From positions 7,075-71,074 of the forward strand of contig JAFGPA010000031.1 of the NCBI GenBank assembly GCA_016926175.1: 64,000 nucleotides of DNA, in the 5' to 3' direction. This DNA is from Candidatus Micrarchaeota archaeon. Lineage in GTDB: Archaea > Micrarchaeota > Micrarchaeia > Anstonellales > Bilamarchaeaceae. Under the pieces are notes generated by a model, which made no database searches, was not told where the DNA came from, and saw only the letters and a program-made list of their open reading frames with translations. Both the position numbers and the translations under genes were made by a program. Shown one piece after another: positions 38,799-48,363 of the stretch; position 1 is the stretch's first letter; each line of letters opens with the position of its first letter.

Positions 38799-39064
38799 TG
38801 ATTCTCCTCGTAAACTATTTTGTCGATCTTTTTGCTGAGATCTTTTTCTCCTTCAAATGCTATTTTGTCAAATGTGTCAAAGATGCTCTTGTACTTTTTC
38901 TTTGGCATTTCTGCAAGATGCTCCTGTACAAGAAGAATAAGTTCCCGTAATGCCTCTGCCACAGTCATATCATGGTTTTCTGCATATTCAGTAATGAATT
39001 CTTTTGTCTTGTCATCGACGTTCCTAATAGCGAACATATCTGCCATGTATAACATGTTAAACAA
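38795..39064 (-). CDS. vapB: VapB-type antitoxin
   Basis: 89 aa or less. Its stop overlaps the vapC start by 4 nt, and it is a small acidic/charged protein. The start is uncertain because there are several N-terminal ATGs. Confidence 0.65.
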   Translation of the reverse strand: MFNMLYMADMFAIRNVDDKTKEFITEYAENHDMTVAEALRELILLVQEHLAEMPKKKYKSIFDTFDKIAFEGEKDLSKKIDKIVYEENQ

Positions 39065-39189
39065 AGATTATTTAAAGATATGTTTTACGCGTTAAACTAA
39101 AAAATACAGTTTTATATGGCTAATGTCATTGTGACCGTGTTTCTTCTTCATATATGTATTAATACCTTTGTTTACATATATACCCTTAT

Positions 39190-39840
39190 ATGATAACTTC
39201 TTATCGCAGGCCAGCATATGCCAAAGAAGATCCTGGAGGGATATTCAGAAAAGAGGTCCCAATGCTGGACTGGATGAACTTTGACTTCCTTTCAACCGAG
39301 ATGAGCAAAATGTGGCACGGCCAGCCGCCAGGTGCGGTTCTTGCCCGATATGCCATATCTCAAAATCTATACCTCGGGAGCGATAGCTTTTTTTCAAAAA
39401 ACCTGAGAGATTCAGTCCTTCTTGATCTCGGGGCAGGGGATCCTGAGGCCATGATTGGCTTTGCCAGATGCCACGGCGTGAAAACCTACTGCGGGGTTGA
39501 CAGCACCCGGGATTATTCAGGAATTAAGCAGGGGTCAGACACTCTTCTCATCAAAGACGATCTTTTATGGTTTCTTTTCCATGTCGGGGATTCCCGGGTA
39601 AATGTCTGCATGAATGCTATAGATGAATGTGTGCTGAGAACAGGGGGCATTTATGGACAGGCTTATGAAATAAAACTTATCAACGAGATAGCCAGGGTAA
39701 CAATGGCAGGAGGCATTGCATTTGGACTTATGAGCCCTTCACTTCATGGCCTGGCGGAACTGGGGTTCACCAAACTTGAGGTTGCAGGCGATGTGCAGGT
39801 AAGTGAATTTGGGGCAGTTTACAGAAAGCCTTTGGTTTGA
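39190..39840 (+). CDS. Rossmann/SAM-methyltransferase-like protein (paralog of 46373..47071)
   Basis: VLLDLGAGDPEAM (motif I-like), MNAIDECVL and ARVTMAGGIAFG. It is clearly similar to the protein at 46373..47071. Confidence 0.6.
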   Translation: MITSYRRPAYAKEDPGGIFRKEVPMLDWMNFDFLSTEMSKMWHGQPPGAVLARYAISQNLYLGSDSFFSKNLRDSVLLDLGAGDPEAMIGFARCHGVKTYCGVDSTRDYSGIKQGSDTLLIKDDLLWFLFHVGDSRVNVCMNAIDECVLRTGGIYGQAYEIKLINEIARVTMAGGIAFGLMSPSLHGLAELGFTKLEVAGDVQVSEFGAVYRKPLV

Positions 39841-39957
39841 GTTATTTGGAAATCATACTTTTCTTTCTGATAAAGAGTAATCTGGGGCCGCTTGGGGCAA
39901 TGAATTTTTCATCAATAGATCTGATGCTGATAAAAAGAAATTAAAAAATTCGGGGTA

Positions 39958-40152
39958 TTATGCTTTTTCTACTTGGACTGCTTTTGGTCCCCTGTCTCCC
40001 TGTTCAACCTCAAAAGTAACCTTGTCCCCTTCTTTGAGGTAGGTTCCTTCTTTAACGCCACTTGAGTGGACAAAATACTCTTTTCCATCATCTCCGGCAA
40101 TAAAGCCGAAATGCTTCATTTCATTAAAAAATTTTACTGTTCCTTCTACCAT
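39958..40152 (-). CDS. cspA: Cold-shock domain protein
   Basis: GTVKFFNEMKHFGFIAGDDGKEYFVHSS carries the RNP1/RNP2-like motifs of CspA-family proteins. 64 aa. Confidence 0.9.
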   Translation of the reverse strand: MVEGTVKFFNEMKHFGFIAGDDGKEYFVHSSGVKEGTYLKEGDKVTFEVEQGDRGPKAVQVEKA

Positions 40153-40216
40153 TTTTACACCATTGATTAACTAACTGCATTAATTACCTGCTTGCTTTTT
40201 TTAAAGCTTGACATTT

Positions 40217-41464
40217 TTAATAAAGTGCCTTGGCCTTTGTGGCTTCATCAATCCTTCCAAGGGCAAGCACATATGCGGCAGTTCTCATGTCTATTTTCCT
40301 GTTTTTGTGAATATCAAATGTTGCATTGAACTCTTCAACCATTTTTTCATGGAGTTTGGCATTCACATCATCCTCTTTCCAGTAGTATCCCTGTTTGTTC
40401 TGTACCCATTCAAAGTATGATACGCAAACGCCTCCTGAATTTGCCAGAATGTCAGGAACAAGGAAAATTCCTTTCTGATAAAGTATGTCATCTGCTTCAG
40501 GAGTGGTCGGTCCATTGGCAAGCTCAACAATCATTTTTGCCTTTACCCTGGCGGCATTGTCTTTTGTTACCTGATTTTCCAAAGCAGCCAGGATAAGTAT
40601 ATCGCAATCAAGCTCAAGAAGCTGTTCCTGGGTTATTTTATTGCATCCGGGGTATGCATCAACATGCTTTTCCCTTTTTTTCACTGAAATGAGCTTTTCA
40701 TATTCAAAGCCTGCCTCAAGATGGGCACCGCCTTTGGAATCCGAAACTGCAATAATCTTATAGCCATCTGCTGCAAGCAGCCTTACCATGTGGGATCCTG
40801 CATTTCCAAAGCCCTGTATTGCAACGGTTTTCCCGGGATTTACCTTTCCAGCAGCTTCCTTGATGCAATAATAGCCGCCAAGTGCAGTTGCATACTCCCT
40901 GCCCAAAGACCCTCCAAGGGACAGTGGCTTCCCTGTAATTACTGCAGGGGAATATGTTCCGGTAATGATGGAATATTCATCCATCATCCAGGCCATGATC
41001 TGGCCAGTGGTATAAACGTCAGGTGCAGGAATATCCCTGTCAGGGCCAACAATCCTGTATGCCTTTCTCATCCAGCCCCTTGAAAGCCTTTCAAGCTCTC
41101 CTTTGGAAAGTTTTTGCGGATCCACTGTTATGCCCCCTTTTCCCCCTCCGTAGGGGATATTGATGACAGCGCATTTGATTACCATCCAGAATGATAGTGC
41201 CTTAACTTCATCAATTGTTACTCCGGGATGATATCTTATCCCTCCCTTTGTTGGCCCGCGAGCGTCATTATAGCGTACTCGATGGCCTTCAAATACCTTC
41301 AGGGTTCCATCATCCATTCTTACTGGAATGGAAAATGAAAAAGTTTCTGTGGGATATTTCAGTGTTTCCTCAGTTTCCTGAGCCAGTTTTACATGCTTCT
41401 TTGCCTTTTCTAGTTGCTTCTGGGCATTTTCAAATACCATAATATCAGCCTTTGATTTGATCAT
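40217..41464 (-). CDS. gdhA: Glutamate dehydrogenase
   Basis: GPTKGGIRYHPGV, PYGGGKGG and GFGNAGS (Rossmann). 415 aa. Confidence 0.93.
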   Translation of the reverse strand: MIKSKADIMVFENAQKQLEKAKKHVKLAQETEETLKYPTETFSFSIPVRMDDGTLKVFEGHRVRYNDARGPTKGGIRYHPGVTIDEVKALSFWMVIKCAVINIPYGGGKGGITVDPQKLSKGELERLSRGWMRKAYRIVGPDRDIPAPDVYTTGQIMAWMMDEYSIITGTYSPAVITGKPLSLGGSLGREYATALGGYYCIKEAAGKVNPGKTVAIQGFGNAGSHMVRLLAADGYKIIAVSDSKGGAHLEAGFEYEKLISVKKREKHVDAYPGCNKITQEQLLELDCDILILAALENQVTKDNAARVKAKMIVELANGPTTPEADDILYQKGIFLVPDILANSGGVCVSYFEWVQNKQGYYWKEDDVNAKLHEKMVEEFNATFDIHKNRKIDMRTAAYVLALGRIDEATKAKALY

Positions 41465-41523
41465 GTTCTTGATGACTACATGATTATAAATCTTCTGCCG
41501 GGCAGTTCGTTAAGAAACGGATT

Positions 41524-42645
41524 TTACTTCCATTTGTTAAACAAAATAAGGAACAATGCTGATACTGCTGCAAGAATCCAGAACAGGGCATAAAAGCCAA
41601 ATACAGTAATAATTATGCCGCCTGCAAAAAGCAGTATGAAGTCAATGGCTCTCAGAGGCAGGAACAAAAGTGCTGTTTCCAGTGAAACGTACCTGGTTCT
41701 CAGGATATGGTCAAACAAAAGGTATTCTGTGAATATGTTGGTGACTCCAAGGCAAATGGCAACAAGAACAATGAATATGAGAAGATTGGAAATAAATGGT
41801 CCAAAAACCAAGGTAGGTATTATTATCGACATTATGAGCAGCAGGAGCGTTTTCCTGGTTTTTAGCCTGATGAAAACAAGTGACGCAATAGCAGCCAGGA
41901 TATTTATTGCAGCAAGGGAAAGTCCTATATCGCCAAAACTCATGGCAAGTTCATTTCTGAAATAAACGGGGAGAAGAAAACCTATCAGAATATTGTAAAC
42001 CGTGATGAGAAAGGCAAGCAGAATTCCTGTCTTCCAGAAAGAATGGGGCCTTTTTCTGAATATTCTTTTGATAGACTGCTTGTCGAGCCGGTAATCTTTT
42101 ATGTCTATCAGCTCCCTGGACAGCATGATCAGAACAAGCACTGCAGATAGTATTAAAAGTGCAAGAAAAGTGTCGTGGAATGAGAGATATAAAAGAAGAA
42201 TGCCGCCGGCTATTTTTCCTGCACCATCACAAAATGTACGGAGACTGGAAAAAAAAGCAAGAACGCTGGAGCTTTTTCTTGCAACCGCCATGGTTTCTGC
42301 CCTTATAGTAGACCAGAAACCGCCTGTCCTTATGCCCTCAAGAAAACTTCCTGAAACAAATGCGGAAAGAGTTCCTGCAGAGATATAAATCAGGATTGCA
42401 GCCATGTTAACAAAAGAATAAAGGAAGGCAATTTTCCTCAGTCCGATCTTTTCAGCCAGCGCACCAAGAAGTATGTAAAATATCATGAAACTCAGTGCAG
42501 ATACTGCCATGATAATTCCGATTTCATCAGGTCCGAATCCTTTTTCTATAAGGTAAAGCGGCAATACCACTCCAAGTGCTGAAACAAGAAATATGTAAAT
42601 AATATTTATAAGATACAGAAGATATCTGTCTTGTTTTTTTGACAT
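41524..42645 (-). CDS. MFS-type transporter
   Basis: 373 aa with about 11-12 TM segments. GALAEKIGLRKI resembles MFS motif A. Confidence 0.7.
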   Translation of the reverse strand: MSKKQDRYLLYLINIIYIFLVSALGVVLPLYLIEKGFGPDEIGIIMAVSALSFMIFYILLGALAEKIGLRKIAFLYSFVNMAAILIYISAGTLSAFVSGSFLEGIRTGGFWSTIRAETMAVARKSSSVLAFFSSLRTFCDGAGKIAGGILLLYLSFHDTFLALLILSAVLVLIMLSRELIDIKDYRLDKQSIKRIFRKRPHSFWKTGILLAFLITVYNILIGFLLPVYFRNELAMSFGDIGLSLAAINILAAIASLVFIRLKTRKTLLLLIMSIIIPTLVFGPFISNLLIFIVLVAICLGVTNIFTEYLLFDHILRTRYVSLETALLFLPLRAIDFILLFAGGIIITVFGFYALFWILAAVSALFLILFNKWK

Positions 42646-42670
42646 TGTCAGTTCCTTATTAAATGAGATA

Positions 42671-43567
42671 TTAAACTCTTCGCAAAGGCAGCTTTTTCCG
42701 GATTTCAGGGGTGTCAGATTCTCTTCTAACAGGAACGGTTGCCTCTGCCATCCTGTATGCCAGTCTTATGTCAAATCTTGCATCACTTAAGATCTTGTAG
42801 AATTTTGGATCATTTATAATATCGCCATACCTGGCTTCTATCTCAGTAACCCTGTTGCCCCTTATTCTTACTGTAACGTGCTGGTCAACAAACCTTGCAC
42901 CAAGACTGTAATCGCTATGATCCTTTGGATGAGCCCCGTAATCCAGGCCCTGTGGATGATTTGGCCGGTACTGGACAAGATTCCCTCTGTGTTCCTTTGG
43001 GACCTGGTGTATTATGACATCTTTTTTTTGTCCGCATACAATGCCATATTTTGGCAGATTTCTTTGCTTTATTTTTCCGTCTGCAATAACGCTTTGGGAC
43101 CATGCAAACTCCGGGGATAGCATGTATTTTGTTGACCTGTCCAGCTTCATCCCGGTTTCCCTTGAGATTTCCCCTGCATCTATAAGGTCGAGCAGTCCAT
43201 TTTCCTTTTTTGCCTGGACATAGACGGCATCCACCACCTTTTTCGTTGGCAGTGCCATATCAAGCTGGCCTGCAAGCCGCTGGAGTGCAACAGGACTTAA
43301 AGGAACACGTACATAGTCTTCATTGCTTCCAATTGCAAGATAATCAGGTGCCACACGTATTATGATTTCAACTTCCATGCCATCCACAGTTCCTGTAAGT
43401 GTCACTTCCCTCCAGTTTTCCGGCCTCATGAAATCAGGTACATTTCCAGACATAACCTCTCTTATTACGGCAGATTCGTATTCCGGACCATAAATCATTT
43501 TGATTCCTGTCATGAACTGCGAGCCTCGAAGAGCATCCTTTTTTCTTGGAGGCAGTGGTTTTGCCAT
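42671..43567 (-). CDS. Hypothetical protein
   Basis: 298-aa ORF with no signal peptide. It contains the conserved-looking segment VAPDYLAIGSNEDYVRVPLSPVALQRLAGQLDMALPTKKVVDAVY. I cannot name a family. Confidence 0.6.
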   Translation of the reverse strand: MAKPLPPRKKDALRGSQFMTGIKMIYGPEYESAVIREVMSGNVPDFMRPENWREVTLTGTVDGMEVEIIIRVAPDYLAIGSNEDYVRVPLSPVALQRLAGQLDMALPTKKVVDAVYVQAKKENGLLDLIDAGEISRETGMKLDRSTKYMLSPEFAWSQSVIADGKIKQRNLPKYGIVCGQKKDVIIHQVPKEHRGNLVQYRPNHPQGLDYGAHPKDHSDYSLGARFVDQHVTVRIRGNRVTEIEARYGDIINDPKFYKILSDARFDIRLAYRMAEATVPVRRESDTPEIRKKLPLRRV

Positions 43568-43601
43568 GCACTTAAAAACAGTTTAATCTATAAAATCCTT
43601 T

Positions 43602-44234
43602 TCATTCGACAGATATCCTTGCCTGATCTCTGGAAATAGTTTCAAAACAGAGGAAGCTGATGCCCTGGAATGAAAGGAACTTCCTAAAATCTTCTTCGCT
43701 AAGATAAAAGTCTCCTTCCCGGATTGTTCCTGAATCAGGCAGAGTTACGGTAAATTCTATTTTGCCTCTTGGGATATCGTCAGGATTCCTTAAAATCTGC
43801 AATGCCAGTTCCTCTTCAGCTGTGATATCCCTTTTAAGATGCCGCTTAACCTTTTCAATATCCAGATCCATACTTTCAGTTATTCTTATTTCTACTGAAC
43901 CCTCAGTAACAGTTGTTATCCTCCAGCTTTTTTCCTCAATGAAGAATAATGGAAGAGGGTGGGTGGCGTTATAATTCAGTTGCTTTTTTTCATTGAATAT
44001 GTAGTCCCCTTCGCTGAAAATTCCTTGGACCGGAAGTTTTTCAGTATAGGCATTATTGGCATGCCCGTGAATTTCTGAAGCAACTATGCAATATTCAGAG
44101 TTCTTTCTGCCGGCATCTGTTCCATGGACTTCTGATTTCAAAAAAGGCACTTCAACGACAGGAGCATGTATTGGTGTTTTTGCAGGACTACAGCCTATGG
44201 AAGAAACGATCAATGCCATGGAAAGCCTTTTCAT
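43602..44234 (-). CDS. Hypothetical lipoprotein
   Basis: MKRLSMALIVSSIGCSP is a signal plus lipobox-like sequence. 210 aa. Confidence 0.6.
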   Translation of the reverse strand: MKRLSMALIVSSIGCSPAKTPIHAPVVEVPFLKSEVHGTDAGRKNSEYCIVASEIHGHANNAYTEKLPVQGIFSEGDYIFNEKKQLNYNATHPLPLFFIEEKSWRITTVTEGSVEIRITESMDLDIEKVKRHLKRDITAEEELALQILRNPDDIPRGKIEFTVTLPDSGTIREGDFYLSEEDFRKFLSFQGISFLCFETISRDQARISVE

Positions 44235-44331
44235 GGATATAATGTGTTAATTAGTGTTTATAAATATATACTTAGCTGTGTTTCGGTCATATCAAAAAGT
44301 GTTTAATAGTGTTTGGTTATATATTAATAGC

Positions 44332-44628
44332 ATGAGGAAAAAAATGAGGGCAAAAATCATTGATTTTAAGACGCGGCCATTTGCAAAAAAATTGTGTGCA
44401 GAGGCCGGACTTACAAAAGACGGCAAGCCAAGCCATCTCAGATTGGTCAATGAAGATAGCAATATACCCCCAAAGGAAAAATTAGAGGAAGTGAAGCGCA
44501 TTGTGAAAAAGGCGGATTTGCTTGGTGTTGGAGTATCAGGGTTTATTCTGGAGTTTACAAAGCTTAAGATAGATAAGCTGGTTGAAAGAATCATAGTAAA
44601 AACATCCGAATTAATAGTCCGGAAGTAA
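44332..44628 (+). CDS. Hypothetical small basic protein
   Basis: ORF 44254..44628, with the first ATG at 44332 (MRKKMRAKIIDFKTRPF...). No motif recognised. Confidence 0.45.
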   Translation: MRKKMRAKIIDFKTRPFAKKLCAEAGLTKDGKPSHLRLVNEDSNIPPKEKLEEVKRIVKKADLLGVGVSGFILEFTKLKIDKLVERIIVKTSELIVRK

Positions 44629-44970
44629 TCATCTATTTAGTATTCTTTTTGCATTTTCCCTTATATGTTCTGAATCAGTGGTTTCAAGGACTTCAGAAAC
44701 AAGCTCTGGACCATCTTTTTGTAGTGCCATTACCTTCATGGCATCAACAACATCATCTTCGGTCATTATATGCCTGCCATGGGCTGCAATGAATTCTGCA
44801 GTTCGGTCTTTTTTTCTTATTTCAGCCAAATGCTGTTTCAGCATACTTTCTGATTCTTCATATGCTTTCTCCAGGACATTGATTTTTCTAAGTATTGTTC
44901 CCCGAAAAGGAGAAAACCTTCGTGCCTGAGGAGTAGCCGGAACGGTATCCTTCGTTAATGCATCACCCAA
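44629..44970 (-). CDS. Small basic-tailed protein, paralog family member 5 (best histone-fold-like match)
   Basis: VPATPQARRFSPFRGTILRKINVLEKAYEESESMLKQHLAEIRKKDRTAEFIAAHGRHIMTEDDVVDAMKVMAL...HIRENAKRILNR. Confidence 0.6.
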   Translation of the reverse strand: MGDALTKDTVPATPQARRFSPFRGTILRKINVLEKAYEESESMLKQHLAEIRKKDRTAEFIAAHGRHIMTEDDVVDAMKVMALQKDGPELVSEVLETTDSEHIRENAKRILNR

Positions 44971-45136
44971 AAACCCACCTGCATTAGATCTTGATTTATT
45001 TACATATAAACCTTTGTTTTTTCATATAAAAATTCTATTAAAATTAGATAAAAATAACAAAATATAATTTTTTTATATGACATTTATGTCGGAAATCCCA
45101 TTTTTTATATAACTATTCTCACGCATTAAAAAATGA

Positions 45137-46075
45137 TTATTTCTCTTCCCATACAATATCAATCTTTGTGGGATAACTCGATTTTATACCTGGCCGGTTT
45201 GATATTCTTTCAACCTTGGTTATTTCTTCTGCTGCCACAGGAGGCCTGGATTGTCTGGGATGAAGATGTATGTTATTTGCCATTGCAAGAAGATCAATTT
45301 CATCCTGCACTTTTTCAGGGCAATTGTTTCTCCAGGATGGTTTTCTTTGAAGGATATGCAATCCTTCCAAAGTTGGTGGAACATCAATGAAAGCAAGAAA
45401 ATCCAGAGCTTCGCCATCAAAATAAAATCGTTTGTCTGAACTTACCTTGATCATGGCACTTTTACGTATGTTAAGGCATGATGCACCATCTGTATCTTCA
45501 AGAAAAGACATTGATCCTCTTCCCAGAGGGATATACTCAAATGATGAGCCTTCAGACTCGCTTCTGAAAACAAAAAAGCCTGCAATCCTTGATATCCGTT
45601 CTGCAGATTCGGAAAATGACAATGCATGTTCAGGAGCAGGAATGCCAAATTCATGGATTCCATTGCCAAGGCAAAAGGCCTCTATATTACTTATAAGCTC
45701 TCTTTTTCTTTTTTGATCCTCAGAAGAGCATTCCAAAAGTTCTTTTTTAAGATTATTATGAACGAATCTTGCCAGCCTTTGTACATTCTCTTTTCCATGA
45801 ATAATGGAAATATCTGTTCGGCCGGACAACTGGCATTGCCCCAAATTTTTAAGTGCCGTTTCCATTCTCCCTATGACAACTGAAAATGGCTCTCCTTCGG
45901 ATTCCATACGTAAAACACATGAGCGGCATTTTAATTTTGAAAATTGTATTTCGTTGACTGGTCCGTTCCGTGGAATAATTTTTGAGCTTAATAAAACGCC
46001 GTCGGTAAGCGGGGCAGGCAGCTGTTTTTTGACAATTTGCTGTATGCTTTCTGAAGAAAGTTTGGCTTGGTGCAT
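45137..46075 (-). CDS. Hypothetical protein
   Basis: 312-aa ORF with no recognisable motif. Confidence 0.6.
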   Translation of the reverse strand: MHQAKLSSESIQQIVKKQLPAPLTDGVLLSSKIIPRNGPVNEIQFSKLKCRSCVLRMESEGEPFSVVIGRMETALKNLGQCQLSGRTDISIIHGKENVQRLARFVHNNLKKELLECSSEDQKRKRELISNIEAFCLGNGIHEFGIPAPEHALSFSESAERISRIAGFFVFRSESEGSSFEYIPLGRGSMSFLEDTDGASCLNIRKSAMIKVSSDKRFYFDGEALDFLAFIDVPPTLEGLHILQRKPSWRNNCPEKVQDEIDLLAMANNIHLHPRQSRPPVAAEEITKVERISNRPGIKSSYPTKIDIVWEEK

Positions 46076-46372
46076 ATATGCCAGATTCTAAACTGATTTG
46101 TTTTTAATAGTATATCTGCCTGGAGATTCTCTGGGATAGACTTTCACAGGTTTCCAGAGCACTTTAATGACAAATGGCCTTAATAGCTGTTAAGAATCAA
46201 AATCAGTCTTTGTATATGCAATTATCGCAAAACAAATTTTTTAATGCCTTATAGTGTCATAAAAAACCAGCAGGAATATAAATTCTATAGCCACAATAAT
46301 ACTTTTATGAAAACTTCAAAATATTTCCATCCAGTTCAACCCCTGTGCTGCTGCATGAGAAGAACAAGAATA

Positions 46373-47071
46373 ATGGGAAAAAAAGAATGGAGAACGATAA
46401 TGGACAGAAGCAAAGAGGTTGAAGGCCAGTGGAAGAGATACGCTCCGCCTGATGGGCCATTGATGGATCTTCTGGTAAATTACGGAGGAACCCCGTTTTC
46501 AGTAAAGGAAGGAAAAAGCAGTAAACAACTAACTGCATTTTACCGGCAAAAATTTCAGAATGGCGTGTTGTTTGATCTTGGTGCCGGAACTGAGAGGTCC
46601 TATACTGCAATGTCAGAATTTGCCTATCTGACCGGTATAAAGGAATATGTTGCAGTAGACAAATACCAGAATTTCAGCACTTTGCACTCAAGATACGCCC
46701 TTCAGTGCCTTGAAATGAAATATGGAAAAGTTGACATGAAGATAGATTTTGTAAATGCAGACATGCTTTATTTCCTGGCGAACCAGGCAGGAAACAGCGC
46801 CAGCATTGCAATCAATGGGGTGGATGATTTATGCATAACCCCATTCAACTATGAAAGCGCAGGATATGTTGATGAACTTATGAAACAAATGGCCAGAGTT
46901 CTGGAACCGGGCGGGCTTGTTTTTGGTGCAAATTCCCCCCATATTAAAGCATTGGATATGTTTGGGCTTGTTCCTTTTTGCCATATCCCGGGCTATGGAG
47001 ACCTGCCCGGAATCACTGAAACATGGTTTTTCACAAAAGCCGGTAATAGGATTAATAAAATTGACAGCTAA
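46373..47071 (+). CDS. Rossmann/SAM-methyltransferase-like protein (paralog of 39190..39840)
   Basis: ORF 46244..47071, with the likely ATG at 46373 (MGKKEWRT). VLFDLGAGTERS, INGVDDLCI and ARVLEPGGLVFG parallel the protein at 39190..39840. Confidence 0.6.
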   Translation: MGKKEWRTIMDRSKEVEGQWKRYAPPDGPLMDLLVNYGGTPFSVKEGKSSKQLTAFYRQKFQNGVLFDLGAGTERSYTAMSEFAYLTGIKEYVAVDKYQNFSTLHSRYALQCLEMKYGKVDMKIDFVNADMLYFLANQAGNSASIAINGVDDLCITPFNYESAGYVDELMKQMARVLEPGGLVFGANSPHIKALDMFGLVPFCHIPGYGDLPGITETWFFTKAGNRINKIDS

Positions 47072-47080
47072 CTACTGATC

Positions 47081-47947
47081 ATGGAGGATTTCAATTCCTG
47101 GCTTTCACAGTATACTGACGCTGACAGCTGTATAAGCTCATTCTGCAGTCAAAAGCAGTTCTTCAGAGTCAATACCATCAAAACAACTGTTGAAAAGTTT
47201 ACCGGCATGTCCAGGCTGAAATTCCAGGCAAGCAGCCATTGCAATGTCGCTTTTGAATATCAGGATCAGTTCCAGATTGGAAAAACATGGGAGTATTTTC
47301 TTGGGTATATCTATCCCCAGAGCCTGCCCTCAATACTTGTTTCTGCAGTTCTCAATCCAGGAAAAAATGACATTGTACTTGATGTTGCTGCAGCTCCGGG
47401 ATCAAAGTTCTCCCATATTGCAATGAGCATGGAAAACAGAGGGGTGCTTGTTGGCAATGATTACAAAAAGGAAAAGATCTCTGCCCTTTATTCAACCATC
47501 AACAGGATGAACATACTAAACTGCATTGTAACAATGAGGGATGGCAAAATGCTTGACTGGAAGGAGAGGTTTACCAGGGTACTTCTGGATGCACCGTGCA
47601 CTGCGTTGGGAAGCGGTCCGTCTGCAGGAAAGCGGTGGGAGCCAGACCATTCAAAACAAATAGCATCCACCCAGAAAAAAATGCTTTTCAGCGCATACGA
47701 TGCACTGAAGCCCGGAGGAGAGATGGTTTATTCAACATGCACCTATCCAAAAGAGGAAAACGAAGATGTGGTCAGCAATCTTCTTGAGAATACAGATGCA
47801 TCACTGCTGGATGTTGGCCTTGACGTGCCCCATGAGCATGGACTTGCAGAATATGGGCATGAATTCCGGAAAACTTACCGTATTTATCCGCAGCACCTTC
47901 AGAGCGAGGGCTTTTTCATAGCAAAAATAAGGAAGGGAAGCCAATGA
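47081..47947 (+). CDS. NOL1/NOP2/Sun-family RNA cytosine-C5 methyltransferase (copy 2)
   Basis: DVAAAPGSKF, LLDAPCTALG and YSTCTYPKEENE. 288 aa. Confidence 0.85.
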   Translation: MEDFNSWLSQYTDADSCISSFCSQKQFFRVNTIKTTVEKFTGMSRLKFQASSHCNVAFEYQDQFQIGKTWEYFLGYIYPQSLPSILVSAVLNPGKNDIVLDVAAAPGSKFSHIAMSMENRGVLVGNDYKKEKISALYSTINRMNILNCIVTMRDGKMLDWKERFTRVLLDAPCTALGSGPSAGKRWEPDHSKQIASTQKKMLFSAYDALKPGGEMVYSTCTYPKEENEDVVSNLLENTDASLLDVGLDVPHEHGLAEYGHEFRKTYRIYPQHLQSEGFFIAKIRKGSQ

Positions 47948-48363
47948 GAAAAGAGCAAAACTTCAGGAAATACATTGAAAAACATTTCAAAATTGAGCTG
48001 CCTGAGGGAGTGGACATTTTTTATACAAAGGGGATCAGGGTAGGCAACAATGTCCTGAAAAAAAGCAGGATAAATGGCGAACTTGGGTATGCTGCAGCGG
48101 ACTTCGGCTTCAATCCCACAAATTCATTCATCCAGAATTTTGGCCATCTGGCAAAAAAGAATATTGTGAGGCTGAAAAAAGAAGAGGCAGTTGAATTTGC
48201 CGCAGGAAAGGATATCAAAATGGATCTTGGAATCCGGGCAAAGCACGTGATAGTGACTTATAAGGGGCATGTGCTTGGACTTGGCCGTTATGATAAAACT
48301 AAAATCGCCAATAAAATCCCTGAAAAAAGAAGACGGATTATTGAGAACCCAGATGGTCTGTAA
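47944..48363 (+). CDS. Small PUA-like partner protein of the m5C methyltransferase (copy 2)
   Basis: 139 aa, overlapping the upstream stop by 4 nt. It is a paralog of 26192..26602. Confidence 0.6.
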   Translation: MRKEQNFRKYIEKHFKIELPEGVDIFYTKGIRVGNNVLKKSRINGELGYAAADFGFNPTNSFIQNFGHLAKKNIVRLKKEEAVEFAAGKDIKMDLGIRAKHVIVTYKGHVLGLGRYDKTKIANKIPEKRRRIIENPDGL

